A stretch of 64,000 nt of DNA from contig OZ024740.1 of the NCBI GenBank assembly GCA_964016885.1, positions 221,526,001-221,590,000 of the forward strand, given 5' to 3'. The stretch is from Eledone cirrhosa (taxonomy: Eukaryota). This document shows, piece by piece, positions 51,659 to 64,000 of this stretch; within the stretch, counting starts at the first letter, position 1, and each line of letters starts with the position of its first letter. A program made the position numbers and the translations under genes. The notes beneath the pieces were generated by a model. The model saw only the letters and a list, made by a program, of their open reading frames with translations. It was not told the origin of the DNA and searched no databases.

Positions 51659-54060
51659 CCAAGAAGCTGTACAATATGGACGCGAGCAAGTATAAACAAT
51701 TCATTTATAAAAAACTACAGAAAGACTATAAAAAGACACCCATTAGTACCCTAAATGACATAAATAGAGTAGGGATGGATATAGTTACCAGCTTAGAAAT
51801 AGAAAAGTACACAAACCCGTATGTCCCCCTGACGCCTAGATTCTCCCTTAAGGATCACAAATGTAACTTTAATGAAAGCAACTCTATTAGACTAATATGT
51901 CCCTCTTCATCTGATATAGGTAAGATTAGTAAAATGATCCTAGATAGAGTACTACTGGAGCTTAATAGAAAGACTAAGGTCTGCCTCTGGGGCAACACCG
52001 ACCAGGTCATAAATTGGTTCACCGAGTTGCCGGATAAAGCGATCCTGAAGTTCATCCAGTTTGACATAGATATTTACTACGCCTCTATCTCCCCCATACT
52101 CTTAAATAAGGCACTCATATTAGCTAAATCTAACACTAGCCTCACTAAGAAAGAAATAGACATAGTTCTAGCGGCGCGTAGAACCATTATCCAGTTCTAA
52201 GGCTCCCACTGGACCAGAACCAACCGTCCTGATAACTTGGATATCACGATGGAGTCCAGTGACTCAGCGCAAGCAACTGACCTGGTCAGAATATACCTCC
52301 TCCATAAGCTTAGGGACGAGATACCGGTCATACAAGGAGGTGTATATAGGGACGACGCCCTGTTTACCGTTAGGAACCAGAGCCCTCGTAGGATAGAGAA
52401 CATTAACAAGCATATACACAGGTTCTTCAAGTCATACGGCCTATCCGTAACTATAGACCTCAACCACCAGGTTGTTAACTTCCTGGACGTGTCCATGGAG
52501 CTGAGTACGGGCCTATACAAGCCATACCATAAGCCTGGAGAGAACCTTTCTTATATTAATTATGCCTCTAACCACCCTAAGCAGTCTCTCAACTCCATAG
52601 TCTATAGCATCTCACATAGGATCTCGAGGCTCTCCGCCAATGAGGATATCTTCAACCAAGCGGCAGACTACTACAATAGGGCCTTGATAAGCACCGGCTT
52701 TAACCGAGGAATTTCCTACATCCCTAACGCTAGCTCCAGAAACCACCCCCTTCATAAGACGAGCGTTATAGTAAGCCATATCTATAACCGATCACGCGGC
52801 GACTTCGAAGGATGTCGGATGTAATAGTATAGATAATCGCACTAAGAAACACGGCCACAACGTTAATTACACTGGCGATAGTGTAGGTAACTTACCACAC
52901 AATAAAGATCACGACCCCGGTAACAGTGACCACTGTAGCCTACTCGAATTATTCCCCTACTATAAAATCAACAAAGGTGACGGCCTACTATCAACGCCTT
53001 CCAACCAACATCTTCCTGTACATAAACATAGCAGAAGGAAGAAGAGTGCACCCGAGCATAAAGTGAAAGGGGCACGTAACGGGCTACAGCGCATTAACAT
53101 GCATAAGAACGGTCAACCTTATGGCACTACCTGTAGCAAACGTACAAGGACACGTAATCGTCACCGTAACGTCCTATGGTTCCATCCCTCCTACTCCCGG
53201 AGTGTGGCCGCCAACATACCCCGGATATTCTTCGAAGCCTTAGAGAAGAACTTCCCACCCAACCATAGGTATAGAAAAATCCTTAATAGGAACAATATAA
53301 AAATATCCTTCTCTACTACTCCTAACCTAGCAGACATCATAGGAAAAACTAATCACAGTAAGATCACCAAGACACAGCACCTTCGCAAAGACGCACCTAC
53401 ACCTGACAATAACTATATCAGCCTTAACGACTTCCTAGCAGCATCCAATAGTGCTGGCAACAGCCTCTACAGACACAACCAGCATGACCGCGACATGACT
53501 GGGGAATATGCAGGACATGATGTGCGGAATAATAATGGTACCACCCCGCGCACAGTGGGTTATAATGGTGCTAACGACAGGTGTGGGAGAGTAGGTAACA
53601 ACGTAGATAGTAATAATGATAGCCTTACCGTGGGAATTAGAAGGGACCGCGACCGAAATTGCAACTGCCGCGACAGGGGACGCTGCTCCCTTAGAGGATA
53701 CTGCTTGACTGATAGGTGCACTGTAACTAACCACAATAGCGTTAAACATTATATAGGGGCTACCTCTGGCCCGTTCAAAATTAGATTTCGAACACATCTC
53801 CACTCTTTCACAAATAAGAAATTAAGACACTCCACTTCGCTCGCGGACTACATCACATCATTAAAAGACTTAAACGCCAGCTTCTCCACGCACTAGGAAA
53901 TTGTCGGCAGGGCTGCACCGTACAACTTCAAGAGAAAGTGCGATCTTTGCCTCATGGAGCTCTACCACATCATAACAGCACCCCACGAGCTCATCAACAG
54001 CAGAGCTGAAACGACGATAAGCTTTACACATCGCTTAAAATATCCTTCTTCAGATGGGAT
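51658..54060 (+). mobile_element. Penelope-like element, 5'-truncated and degenerate (RT + long linker + C-terminal GIY-YIG)
   Basis: RT motifs LKDHK...RLICP, FIQFDIDIYYASI, DITM, GVYRDD and VNFLDV; WFHPSYS...KNFP...KILNRNNIKISFS; CNCRD..C...C, HYIGAT..FK.R...H, TSLADYI, WEIV (W>stop), CDLCLME. Preceded by (TA)n. Confidence 0.92.
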
Positions 54061-55339
54061 AAGGACGAGGAGTGAAACCGTACACCGGGTTTCCCTGCGA
54101 CAAGCTTTAACACCCCGGCGAGCAGGCGCTGCAAAAATCATCTGGAAAGTAACCATGCATCCCAGACCCGGCTTCAAATGACCCAGGCGGATAGGTGCAG
54201 GAAACAAACGTCTCAAAACAAACGTTGCATACCTGACCCTGTGCGTATCGACAATGGTAAAGTTGTAACCACATCTTGTAACGGATAGAAAGTTTTTCCG
54301 GGAAAGACTGCCCTAACACCGGCCAGAGTTACCTCCCTTGACCTACTGCAAAATCAAAACGCTTTTTTGCGAAGAATGCTGGCATAAATAGGAATAGGCT
54401 CACTGAGACAATTAAGGTATTATATAGAAAAAAGATTGTATTTAAAATTAAATATATAAATTCGAAAAATAATTAGCATTATATAAAAGGATTCACTTAT
54501 AACATAATATATTGTATATTAACACATAGAATTTAACTAATTGAAGTTGTAAACAACTATACATTTTTCTCTTATACACAAATTAATCTCCAATACACGC
54601 CCCTTTCAAATTAGCTCCCCTTAGTATAGATCATTAATCACTTCCTGAAATTAAACCGTTAAACAGATCACACCAGAACAACTCGAACCCTTGATAAGAT
54701 TGTAATAGGACCAATATACAATCCATAGTTGTAGCTACTGATAAACATTTACTAAAATATAACCAATGTAATGGAAAGGAATACCTTGATATTAATACTC
54801 ACAGCACATGCACATTTGAACATTACCGGAACAATTATCACATTGCATCCACCATAAACTTCATAGAAACTGCTTTTCATACCCACGCATCTCTGTCTGC
54901 TTAATATGCTTTTATACCTGTATTGTATTCTGTGATACCTTTGCCATACTGTGATATATATGCTTAGTAACATTGCTTGTTTCTTACCTGGTTATTCTGT
55001 ACATGCCTAATACCTCTGCACTCTTTCTATACGTTTGCATATGTACTGCTAATGTCCTCGTTTTGCGAGTAACTCTTTTCTTTAATTCCTCTATAATTGT
55101 TGTATTATTCTTTTATAATCTTTGTCGCATCCCCTCATACTGACCACATCATCTTTACTCTTTAAATATGACACTGTTAATGACAACACTAACATCTACG
55201 TATCTTTACAATTGTTCTGTGGAATAGGAGGTTAATTATATGTCTAAACTTTGCTAGTGCTCCGATGATTACAAACATTCGTTTGGAAAGAACGATTGTC
55301 AGCAATAAAATGTTTTGAACATATTTTGATTATTCTGTA

Positions 55340-55371
<32 letters not shown>

Positions 55372-55376
<5 letters not shown>

Positions 55377-55970
55377 TTATTAAAATAACAGATTAAAGTT
55401 TAAGCAAAGAATCGCTGCTTTCACCCTTAACGGGATCTTCTGAAACTAACAAAGTCAATCTGTAAACGCAGAACTGGATATTTCAAAAAACGTTGCAACC
55501 GGAGGAAGACAGGAAGACGATACTTTGGTTCGTGGAAACGTTCGCTGGCTAAGAACGGGAAAAAACGAATAATACGTCATTAATAGAAGCAGTGAAAAAC
55601 AATTACGCGCAAAGACAGAACCACGTTTATGGTATAATAGAGGTCGTAGACTAATGTTCTCTTAGGTGGTGCATAGAGACGTTCTCTGGCGATGAACGAA
55701 AAAAACGAAGATAATACGTCATATGTGGAGCGTGGAGAACAATAGCACGCAAAGACAAAACCACGTAAAAGGTAAAGCAGAAGTTGTAGACTAAAATTCT
55801 AACTAGGAGACCAAATGAATCTCCGCTACAGAGTTAAGAACAAAGTAAATAAATACAATACAGAAGTAATAGAAACAAATAAATACATACACGCAAACAG
55901 ATACGTACATACACAAGCATTCGCAAAACCTTACCATAGGTATACAAAACCACGCACATATAAATACACA

Positions 55971-55980
<10 letters not shown>
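55372..55980 (-). mobile_element. Second 3' UTR/pLTR copy of the Penelope-like family at 29120-29700
   Basis: Clear homology to 29122-29700; abuts (TA)n. Confidence 0.85.
55397..55447 (-). ncRNA. Hammerhead-like motif with variant core CAGAAGA
   Basis: AGUUU-CAGAAGA-UCCC-GUUAA-GGGU-GAAA-GCA-GCGAUUCUU-UGC-UU/AAACU; perfect stem I. Confidence 0.65.
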
Positions 55981-56007
<27 letters not shown>

Positions 56008-56008
56008 T

Positions 56009-56101
<93 letters not shown>

Positions 56102-56769
56102 TTGTGTGTGTGTGTGTATGTGTGTGCGTGTGTGTGTGAGAGAAAGAGAGAGAGAGAGGGGGGGGGTAGAGAGAATGTTTTTTTATATATTTATATTCCG
56201 GCTCTGTAAAACATCTGATGTATTTACATTGAGCTATTTTTCTTACAGGTAATAAGGTGGTAATGAATTACTGACCTTTCCTGTTTATAATTATATATAG
56301 AGTATATATAAATATAAATAATAATATTATTATTATTATATATATATATATATATATATATTATATTGAGGCTAGATAGTGAGTCTATATATAGGAAATA
56401 CAATAATATCAAACTAGAATTTTAACTTTGTTAGTGTATTTGTGTTTGTAGATTAAACTAACAAAAACAAAGAAAACACAAAGAATATTACTACACATTT
56501 CTTGGGTAGGGGCAGCAGATACAAATATTAATTTCATGCGTTAAAACACAAATTTATGCAGTGAGAATTTTTGGATTAGGGACGGGGGAATTGAAATGAA
56601 TTAATAACTTGTTCAATTTATTTAATAATTCATAATAACTTGGCTTATCACAACTACCACACAGTTTGAAATTCAAATTAATACACCTGTCACAAGTACA
56701 TTCATATGTATGTATGTATGTTTGTATGTATGTATGTATGTATGTAAGTATGTATGTATGTATGTATGT

Positions 56770-57180
56770 CCGGGAGAGATGACCCCTTAGCCTTTGTCAA
56801 GGCAGAATTCTAGGCGAAGGAAAACTCTGATATAACACCTGCAACTCTGATGGTATCCAATGATGTTGACTTGTTCTTCTTTTTGGTAAATATCATCTTG
56901 GTTAAGAGAGTGGGAATGGCTTTGTGCAGTGCCTTTGCTCACTATAAAAGCTTCACGGCACAGGCATTGCTTTATATCTGGAGATCTCTCTGCACTTGTC
57001 ATCACATGGTACCACGGGCCCAGCACTATGTGTCAGTAATTGTCACAAGTGTAGTGTTTGTACCAGAGTTTTCAAGTCGCTGGCTGGACTAAAAAGTCAC
57101 ACTCGTTCAGCGCATCAGTAGGGGTTCTCCTACATGGATATAAAGTAGTGGCCGTACTCGAAAACGAGTTGGCAGCCACC
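56770..57180 (+). mobile_element. Non-autonomous RTE-derived element (copy 4)
   Basis: Near-identical to copies 1-3; (ATGT)n on both sides. Confidence 0.9.
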
Positions 57181-57207
57181 ATGTATGTATGTGTGTGTGT
57201 GTGTGTG

Positions 57208-57241
<34 letters not shown>

Positions 57242-57269
57242 TGTATGTATGTATGTATGTATGTATGTA

Positions 57270-60200
57270 CATTTCCATTTTGCGTGTTTCATGATGACAT
57301 GAAGGTATGGGTAAATGTTGGTGGAAAGCTCTCTGAGCCGGTGACGGTCGAGAATGGAATCAGACAGGGTGACATTCCAGCTCCAACGCTCTTTGCTTTG
57401 TACTTTTCCATTGTCTTCGAAGAGGCCTTCGGGAACTGCAATCATGGTATATATGTTCGCTATCGATCAACTGGAAAGCTGTTTAATATCAGGAGGTTCA
57501 ATGCTAAGTCAAAGGTTCACTTGTCACTAATCAGGGATTTGCTTTATGCAGATGACTTGCGCAAGTTATCGGAGAAATGGAGGCCTACAAAATTAACATC
57601 CTGGGCCTCAGCGAGGTCCGCTGGACTGACTCTGGGAAGTTTGTCCATGAAAACAAGACCATCCTGTTCTCAGGCCGTCAGAACGGGACCCACCGAGATG
57701 GAGTTGCAATCATCATGGAGAGGGCTGCCAGTGGTGCCCTTGAGGAGTGGACTCCTATCAACGAACGCCTAATGACAGCAAGATTCACCACATCACATGC
57801 AAAGGTCACCATAGCTCAGTGCTATGCTCCAACCAACGAACATAACGATGATGACAAGGACGCTTTCTACCAGCAACTACAAGATGTTGTAAACAAAACC
57901 CCACGTCATGACATCCTAATCATCATGGGAGACATGAACGCACAGATCGGGAGAAGCAGGGTTGGCTTTGAACATGTCCTTGGCCCCCATGCTTATGGAA
58001 ACCGCACGGACAACGGGGACTGGTTTGTCCAGTTCTGTTGTGCCATGAACAATATGAAAATCGGCTCGTCACTATTTGACCACAAGAACATCCACAAGGT
58101 CACATGGGCTTCGAACGACCACAGGACCAAGACGCAAATAGACCACATTGCGATTGGCCCAAGTTGGAGAGCTCCTTGCCTGCAGGACGTCCGAGTCTAC
58201 CGGGGCGCAGATGTCTGCAGTGACCACTATCTGTCTGTTACCAAACTTAAAATCAGACTGAGGAAGCAGAAGAAGAGAGCACTCACTACAAGGCGTTTTG
58301 ACACTACCAAGCTGAAGAACGGTGACACAGAAGCACAGTTCGAGGATGCTTTGAGGAACAGATTTGCTGTCCTTGAGGAGTCTGCACCAGGCTCGGTCAA
58401 TTGGTGGGAGGAAATGAAGAAGACCATGGAAGCTGCAGGGGAAGAAATCCTGGGCTACAGGAAGTCCCTCAGAGAAGCTTGAGTCAGCGACAACACCTGG
58501 CAGCTGATTAATGAAAGGAAAGCCCTACACCAGCAGAGGCATGCCACTACCGCAGAGGCCATCAAGGTATATCAGCGGTATGTTGACAAGGACAAGGAGG
58601 TGAAACGCAGCGGCCAAAAGGACAAACGAATGTGGCTTGAGGGTAAGGCAGAGGAGGCGGAAGCAGCTGCGGCACGCAATGACATGCGCTCTGTATACCA
58701 AATTGCCAAGAAAATCACCGGCAGCTCTAGAGCTAACTCGGGCCCGGTGAAAGCGAAAGATGGTACGCTGCTTTCCAAGGGTGAAGTAAAGTTAGTCAGA
58801 TGGGCTGAACATTTCAAGGAAGTCCTCAACCGACCGGAGCCACGTGTGCCAGCAGACACTAAGGAACCTATTAGTTTGTTGCCTATTAATTCTGATGACT
58901 TCACCGAGAAGGAAGTCCGCATGGCCATCAAAACCCTTAAGAATAACAAGTCACCAGGTATAGATGGCATTTCTGATGAAATGCTGAAGTCAGGAGGCGA
59001 AAGCATGGTCAAGTGGATGGGCCACTTATGTAATCTTGTGTGGAACACGGGTGAAGTCCCAGAAGATTGGAGAAACAGAGCGGTTGTCTGTATCCCCAAG
59101 AAGGGCAACCTTGCCGATTGTGACAACTGGAGGGGAGTGACAGTTCTCTCCATACCAGGGAAGATCTATTGTCTGATGATCCTGAACCGCATACGTGGCA
59201 TGGTAGACCGGGAACTGCGAGAACAACAGGCAGGGTTCCGACCAAAACGTTCCTGTGCAAAGCAGATCTTTACGTTACGCCGCATCATTGAGAGGTACAA
59301 CGAATTCCAGAGGCCCCTCGCCGCCAGCTTCATCGATTTCTCCAAAGCATTCGATAGCATTCATCGGCCGTCACTCTGGAGCATCATGCATGAGTATGGT
59401 CTGCCCCAGAAAGTCATTTCGGCAATCAAACAGATTTACGCAAACTCCAAGTGCTGCATACGGACAGAGGATGGTTACAGTGATTGGTTTGAGGTGGTTA
59501 CTGGTGTGCGTCAGGGTTGCTCGCACTCTCCAATTCTCTTTGCCATAGCCATTGACTGGGTACTAAGAAGAGCGTCTAAAGACCAGGGTATATATTGGGT
59601 GGGAGAGCAAAAGTTGTCTGACCTGGACTTTGCGGACGATATTGTTGCACTTGCAGAGAGCACAGCTGACCTGCAAATCATTATGAACAATATCAATGTC
59701 GAAGCAGGAAGCTTAGGTCTCAATATCAGTGCTAAGAAGACCAAAAGCATGTTATCTGGGACACACCCATCACCAACTAGTGTTTTCATTGAACAGGGGG
59801 AGGTGGAGATAGTGGACAACTTCACCTACCTAGGAAGCTCCATTGACAATGGGGGCACCATGGACAGTGAATTGCAATGTAGAATGGGAAAAGCTTCAGT
59901 AGCATTTAACCAACTTGTCAAGATCTGGAAGAGCAGGAAGTTCACCCTCAAAACAAAGATGAGATTCTACAACAGCAACGTGCTGTCCACACTCTTGTAC
60001 GGAAGTGAAACATGGCACCTTAAGACCAGCCAAGAGAAGAAGTTGGACGCATTCGATTCCAGGTGTCTGCGAAAGATCCTGGGGATTAAATGGAGTGACC
60101 ATGTAACAAACCAGGAAGTCAGGAACCGCACCAACCAGCAGCTAGTCTCTTCTGCCATCTGCAAGCGACGCCTGAGCTGGTTTGGGCACGCTTTGAGACT

Positions 60201-61669
60201 TCCCCGGAGAGACTGGCGAACCAAGTACTTAAATGGAACCCACAGAGAAGCAGATGGAGAGGGCGACCCAAAATGAACTAGCGCCAGACAGTTGAGAGGG
60301 ACCTGCGAGCGACAAACAGACAATGGCGGGACGCTGTGAAACTGGCTGCTGACCGAACGCGGTGGAACACTATGATTGCCTCATGCGTCGCAAGACGCGG
60401 GAGCTTCTGAGTCTGAGTCTGAGATGACTGTGACCTGGTAGCGCACACGGAGATTGATATGCAGCATCTCATGGATGCATTTTCTAATTGGGACTTACCA
60501 TAAGCCTGAAAAAGACAGTCGCCATGTACCAACCAGTCCCTGGGATGCCATGTTGTGAGTCCAACATCTTGGTTTATAGTGAAAGGCTTATGGTCGTTTA
60601 TGGTGGTTTATGGTGAAAGGTTTATGGCCATTGGCAGTTTTGTATATCTTGGAAGCACTCTGAGTATGTCCTGCGATCTTGATGGGGAAATATCAAACAG
60701 GATACAGAAATCTAGTGATGCTTTTGGAAAACTGAACAAGCGTCTCTGGTCTCAACACGGAATTTCGGTAAAGACAAAGCTCAAAGTGTATCATGCGTGT
60801 GTGCTCGCGACACTTCTTTATGCTTGTGAGACATGGGTGGTCTACCGTAGACAGATGAAGCGACTTGAGAGGTTCCACCAGTACTGCTTACGTCGGATCC
60901 TCGGCATAACTTGGCAAATGTTTGTCAGTGACGTCGAGGTTCTGGACAGAAGTGGCTGTGATAGTGTCGAGTCCTTGATTTTGAAACATCAGGTGCGCTG
61001 GACAGGCCATCTTGTAAGGATGGATGACAAGCGAATGTCGAAACAGCTGCTTTATGGTGAGCTACAAATGGGAAAAAGAACGCGAGCAAACCCAAGATGC
61101 GTTTTAAGGACTGCATCAAGGGGGCGCTCAAGAAAAGTAACATCCCTTGTGAGCACAGGGAAGCATGCGCTAGCGACCGATCGCATTGGAGGAAAGCAGT
61201 GTCTAGTGTCAAGAGTCTATTTCAGAAAACAAGAAGAAGGCATGCGGCACTAAAAAGAGATGTCCGGAAAGGAATCCATGTTGGCCTTCACGAAGGCACT
61301 GACAGACGACCTGACTTGACATGTGAGACCTGTAATAGGGTTTGTCTGAGCATGGTAGGTCTAAAGAGTCACCTGAGAGTGCACAAGAACAGGGAAGCAG
61401 GCACCTGTGGAGCTATAAGTGTTCATCAGACGACGACATGTAATGTTTGTGGAAGGGTATGCAGGTCGAGTAGTGATCTCACACGACACCTTGGGTCACA
61501 TGATACCATGGGCCCAGCACGAGGTGTCAATAATTGTCACAAGTGTAGTGTTTGTACCAGAGTTTTCAAGTCGGTGACTAAAAAGCCACACTCGTTCAGC
61601 GCATCGGTAAGGGTTCTCCTACATGGATATAAAGTAGTGGCCGTACTCGAAAACGAGTTGGCAGCCACT
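57270..61669 (+). mobile_element. 5'-truncated RTE (BovB-like) LINE family 3 with three C2H2 fingers, split by a nested RTE
   Basis: GIRQGDIPAPTLF...DLLYADD (to 57557) resumes at 60422 with DDCDLVAH...FVYLGS...LLYACETW...KQLLYGEL. Fingers CETC..HLRVH, CNVC..HLGSH and CSVC.. (small deletion). Tail GGCCGTACTCGAAAACGAGTTGGCAGCCAC. Confidence 0.9.
57558..60421 (+). mobile_element. Nested RTE-clade LINE (APE endonuclease + RT), nearly complete ORF with a stop and frameshifts
   Basis: APE motifs ILGLSEVRW, QCYAPT, MGDMNA, QIDHI and SDH; RT motifs KSPGIDG, FIDFSKAFDS, GVRQG, DFADD and FTYLGS. (CTGAGT)n tail. 8-bp TSD AGATGACT at 57550-57557 and 60422-60429. Confidence 0.95.
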
Positions 61670-62253
61670 ATATATGTACGTACGTATATATTTATGTATT
61701 TATGTATGTATGGATGTATGTATTTATCTATGTATGGACGCATGTATGCATTTGTGTATGTTTGTATGTATGTTTGTATGTATGCATATGTATGTATCTA
61801 TGTATATGTATGCATATGTATGTATCTATGTATATGTATGCATATGTATGTATCTATGTATATGTATCTATGTATTTATATATGTATGTATGTATCTATG
61901 TGTGTGTGTGTGGGGGGGGGGTATATAACAACTACCACACAGTTTGAAATTCAAATTAATACATCTGTCACAAGTAAACATGCCCATCTTGTTACTTATA
62001 GGCAGATCTCGCTTAATACAGCCTCGTCAGAAGAATAATGCTTGACTATAGCAGACAGTAGATAGACCCAGGACACCGTCGTGAAATACCAATATATGGA
62101 ACATTACATACATGTAGCCATCTTTCTTTACTTTACTTTATATTCCTTATTCCATCGTACCTTTATCAATATTTTCTTTATCTTTTTTGAAGTTATAAAG
62201 AGCAGCTCCATAATGTTTATCTAAGTTAATTATCTTCATCTGAACCAGATCAA

Positions 62254-62443
62254 TAATTGTTTCTACTTTAGGCACAAGGCCAGAAAATTACCCAGTGCAT
62301 TACTGGTACTTTATTTTATCGACCCCGTAAGGATGAAAGGCAAAGTCAACATCGGCGGGATTTGAACTCAGATCGTAAAGGGACGTAACTATGCTGGAAA
62401 GCATGGCGTCCGACTCTCTACCGATACTGCCAATCTACCGCCC
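62254..62443 (-). mobile_element. SINE family A (short-tail form)
   Basis: Full head-to-tail match; an additional + strand tail fragment lies at 62528-62580. Confidence 0.9.
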
Positions 62444-62611
62444 TAGATCAATAATGATCTATAATCATTTGATCCAGAAACATTATATGGAGGAGCGAAA
62501 CAATTGTAAACGGACATTATTATTATTTACCAGTAATGCACTGGGTAATTGCTGGCCTTGTGCCTAAAGTAGAAACAATTATTATTATTATTATTATCAT
62601 TGTTATTGTTA

Positions 62612-63122
62612 TTCCTTGAATCTCAGTCATTGATGTTGGTTAACTGGAAAGTCCGTTGGATTGAATATCAAGCCACTACCTGCAGCCTCAGATATTCAGG
62701 ACGTATCGGAGGGTTCTTGCCGTTCCAAGCAAGCATGCCTTTTGAAGCGTTCCAAAAAGCGTGAAGGGGCCGATTTTCTTTAACCATCCCTGGAAACTTT
62801 TGGAGATAGTCCCCAGTGCGCCTATGACAATCAGGATCACTTTGACTTCATGGCAGTTCCAAATCCTTTTCACCTCCCACTTTAGGTCCTGGTATCGGTT
62901 AATTTTCTCCCTCTCCTTCTCTTGCACTCTCGTGTCGAACGGGCAGGCCACATCCACAATCAGGCACGATCTTTTTTCTTTGTCCACAACCACCAGGTCA
63001 GGTCTATTGTGTTCCAGTTTTTTGTCCGTCTGTATCCTAAAATCCCACAGCACCTTCACCTGATTGTTCTCCATCACCGCCTCTGGCCTATGCTCATACC
63101 ATTTCTCAGAATGTGGTAGATT
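62612..63122 (-). mobile_element. 5'-truncated Dong/R4-clade RLE fragment in (TAA)n
   Basis: KWYEH.PEAV.EN...VLWDF.IQTD...RPDLVVVDK...IVDVACP...EKINRYQDL...IVIGALG...LQKACLLGTARTLR; (TAA)n on both sides. Confidence 0.9.
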
Positions 63123-63123
63123 G

Positions 63124-63173
<50 letters not shown>

Positions 63174-63574
63174 GAATGCCATGGTTGACGGAGGCTCGGC
63201 TCTGTAAGGTATTGTAATTTTTGACCGCTATAACAATTATAAATTGTTTAAAACTTTAACCAAACTGTAGACAAAAACACCCTCCTCCTCGTGAGAGAGG
63301 TCTTTCTGCCCATTATTTGGCCCTTCGGGGTTAAATAACCGCTTATTGGGGTTTTGTGCCCAATATTTATTTTAAACCCCCCAAAAACATGGCTACGAAA
63401 AAGAATTTTCACAAGTCACTCCCACTCATTCCGTCTTCTTCTTCCTCAATCGTCACTACAGTAGAGAGAAGATTGTCTCTCTCCCCCCCTTCTCTAAATG
63501 TGTCTCTCTCCCTCCCTTCTCTTTCGCAAGCCACGCCAGTAAAGAAAAATAGTTTACAAAATCACGTGCAAATC

Positions 63575-64000
63575 ATGGAACATTTCTCCACGACGACGAC
63601 AACGACGAAAAAGGTGTGCGGTAAATACGAAAACCCATTTCATTCGTCTGACATCATGAATAATAGCAGTAGCAGCCGTAATAACAGCAGCAGCAGCAAC
63701 AGTTACAAGGAAAACAAGAGTAGCAGCCGCAACAGCATCAGCAGCAGCATAAACAACAACAGCATTAGCAGCAGCAGCAGCAGCAACAACAACAAAAACC
63801 ACAGCAACAGCGGCGGCGGCAGTAGTCGTAGTACCTGCAGCAACAACAAAAGTAACAGCAGCTCTGACGACAACAACAACAACAACAGAAGCCAAGAAAA
63901 ACCAATCTCGTTTGCAGGTATCGCAAAGAACCTGGAAACCATCCTCATAACAAATGAGGAATTACAGGAAGCGAAGAAGATGGTGACGAAAACCGGACAC
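63575..64000 (+). CDS. Open frame running off the window (Ser/Asn-rich N-terminus); possibly retroelement ORF1 or a host exon
   Basis: ATG at 63575, then 142 codons without a stop. Ends KPISFAGIAKNLETILITNEELQEAKKMVTKTGH. Much of it is (AGC/AAC)n. Confidence 0.3.
   Translation, partial: MEHFSTTTTTTKKVCGKYENPFHSSDIMNNSSSSRNNSSSSNSYKENKSSSRNSISSSINNNSISSSSSSNNNKNHSNSGGGSSRSTCSNNKSNSSSDDNNNNNRSQEKPISFAGIAKNLETILITNEELQEAKKMVTKTGH

Noticed and set aside
52198-52200. Recoded (selenocysteine) stop in the Penelope RT
   Set aside because: The codon is TAA, not TGA, and other disabling mutations are present.

Overview
AT-rich eukaryotic genomic DNA saturated with microsatellites and transposable-element relics. 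The SINE and microsatellite landscape suggests a cephalopod such as Octopus (inference). No host protein-coding gene is recognisable, and most long ORFs in the track are translated microsatellites. Supported content: a near full-length, degenerate R4/Dong-clade RLE retrotransposon (11470-15470, -); several RTE-clade LINEs, three with 2-3 C-terminal C2H2 fingers and one with a second RTE nested in its YADD motif; a four-copy non-autonomous RTE derivative; two Penelope-like elements (RT and/or GIY-YIG); CRE, Dong, mariner, Tigger-like and Helitron relics; tRNA-derived SINEs; and three minisatellites. Two signals stand out. (1) At least five sequence-distinct families of minimal type I hammerhead ribozyme motifs, plus degenerate ones, many inside inverted repeats next to (TA)n. 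(2) Apparent microsatellite-specific, orientation-specific insertion: zinc-finger RTEs sit in (ATGT)n, the R4 element sits in the same arrays in the opposite orientation, a Dong element sits in (TAA)n, and Penelope-type ends sit in (TA)n. All calls were made by eye, and coordinates of degenerate elements are approximate.
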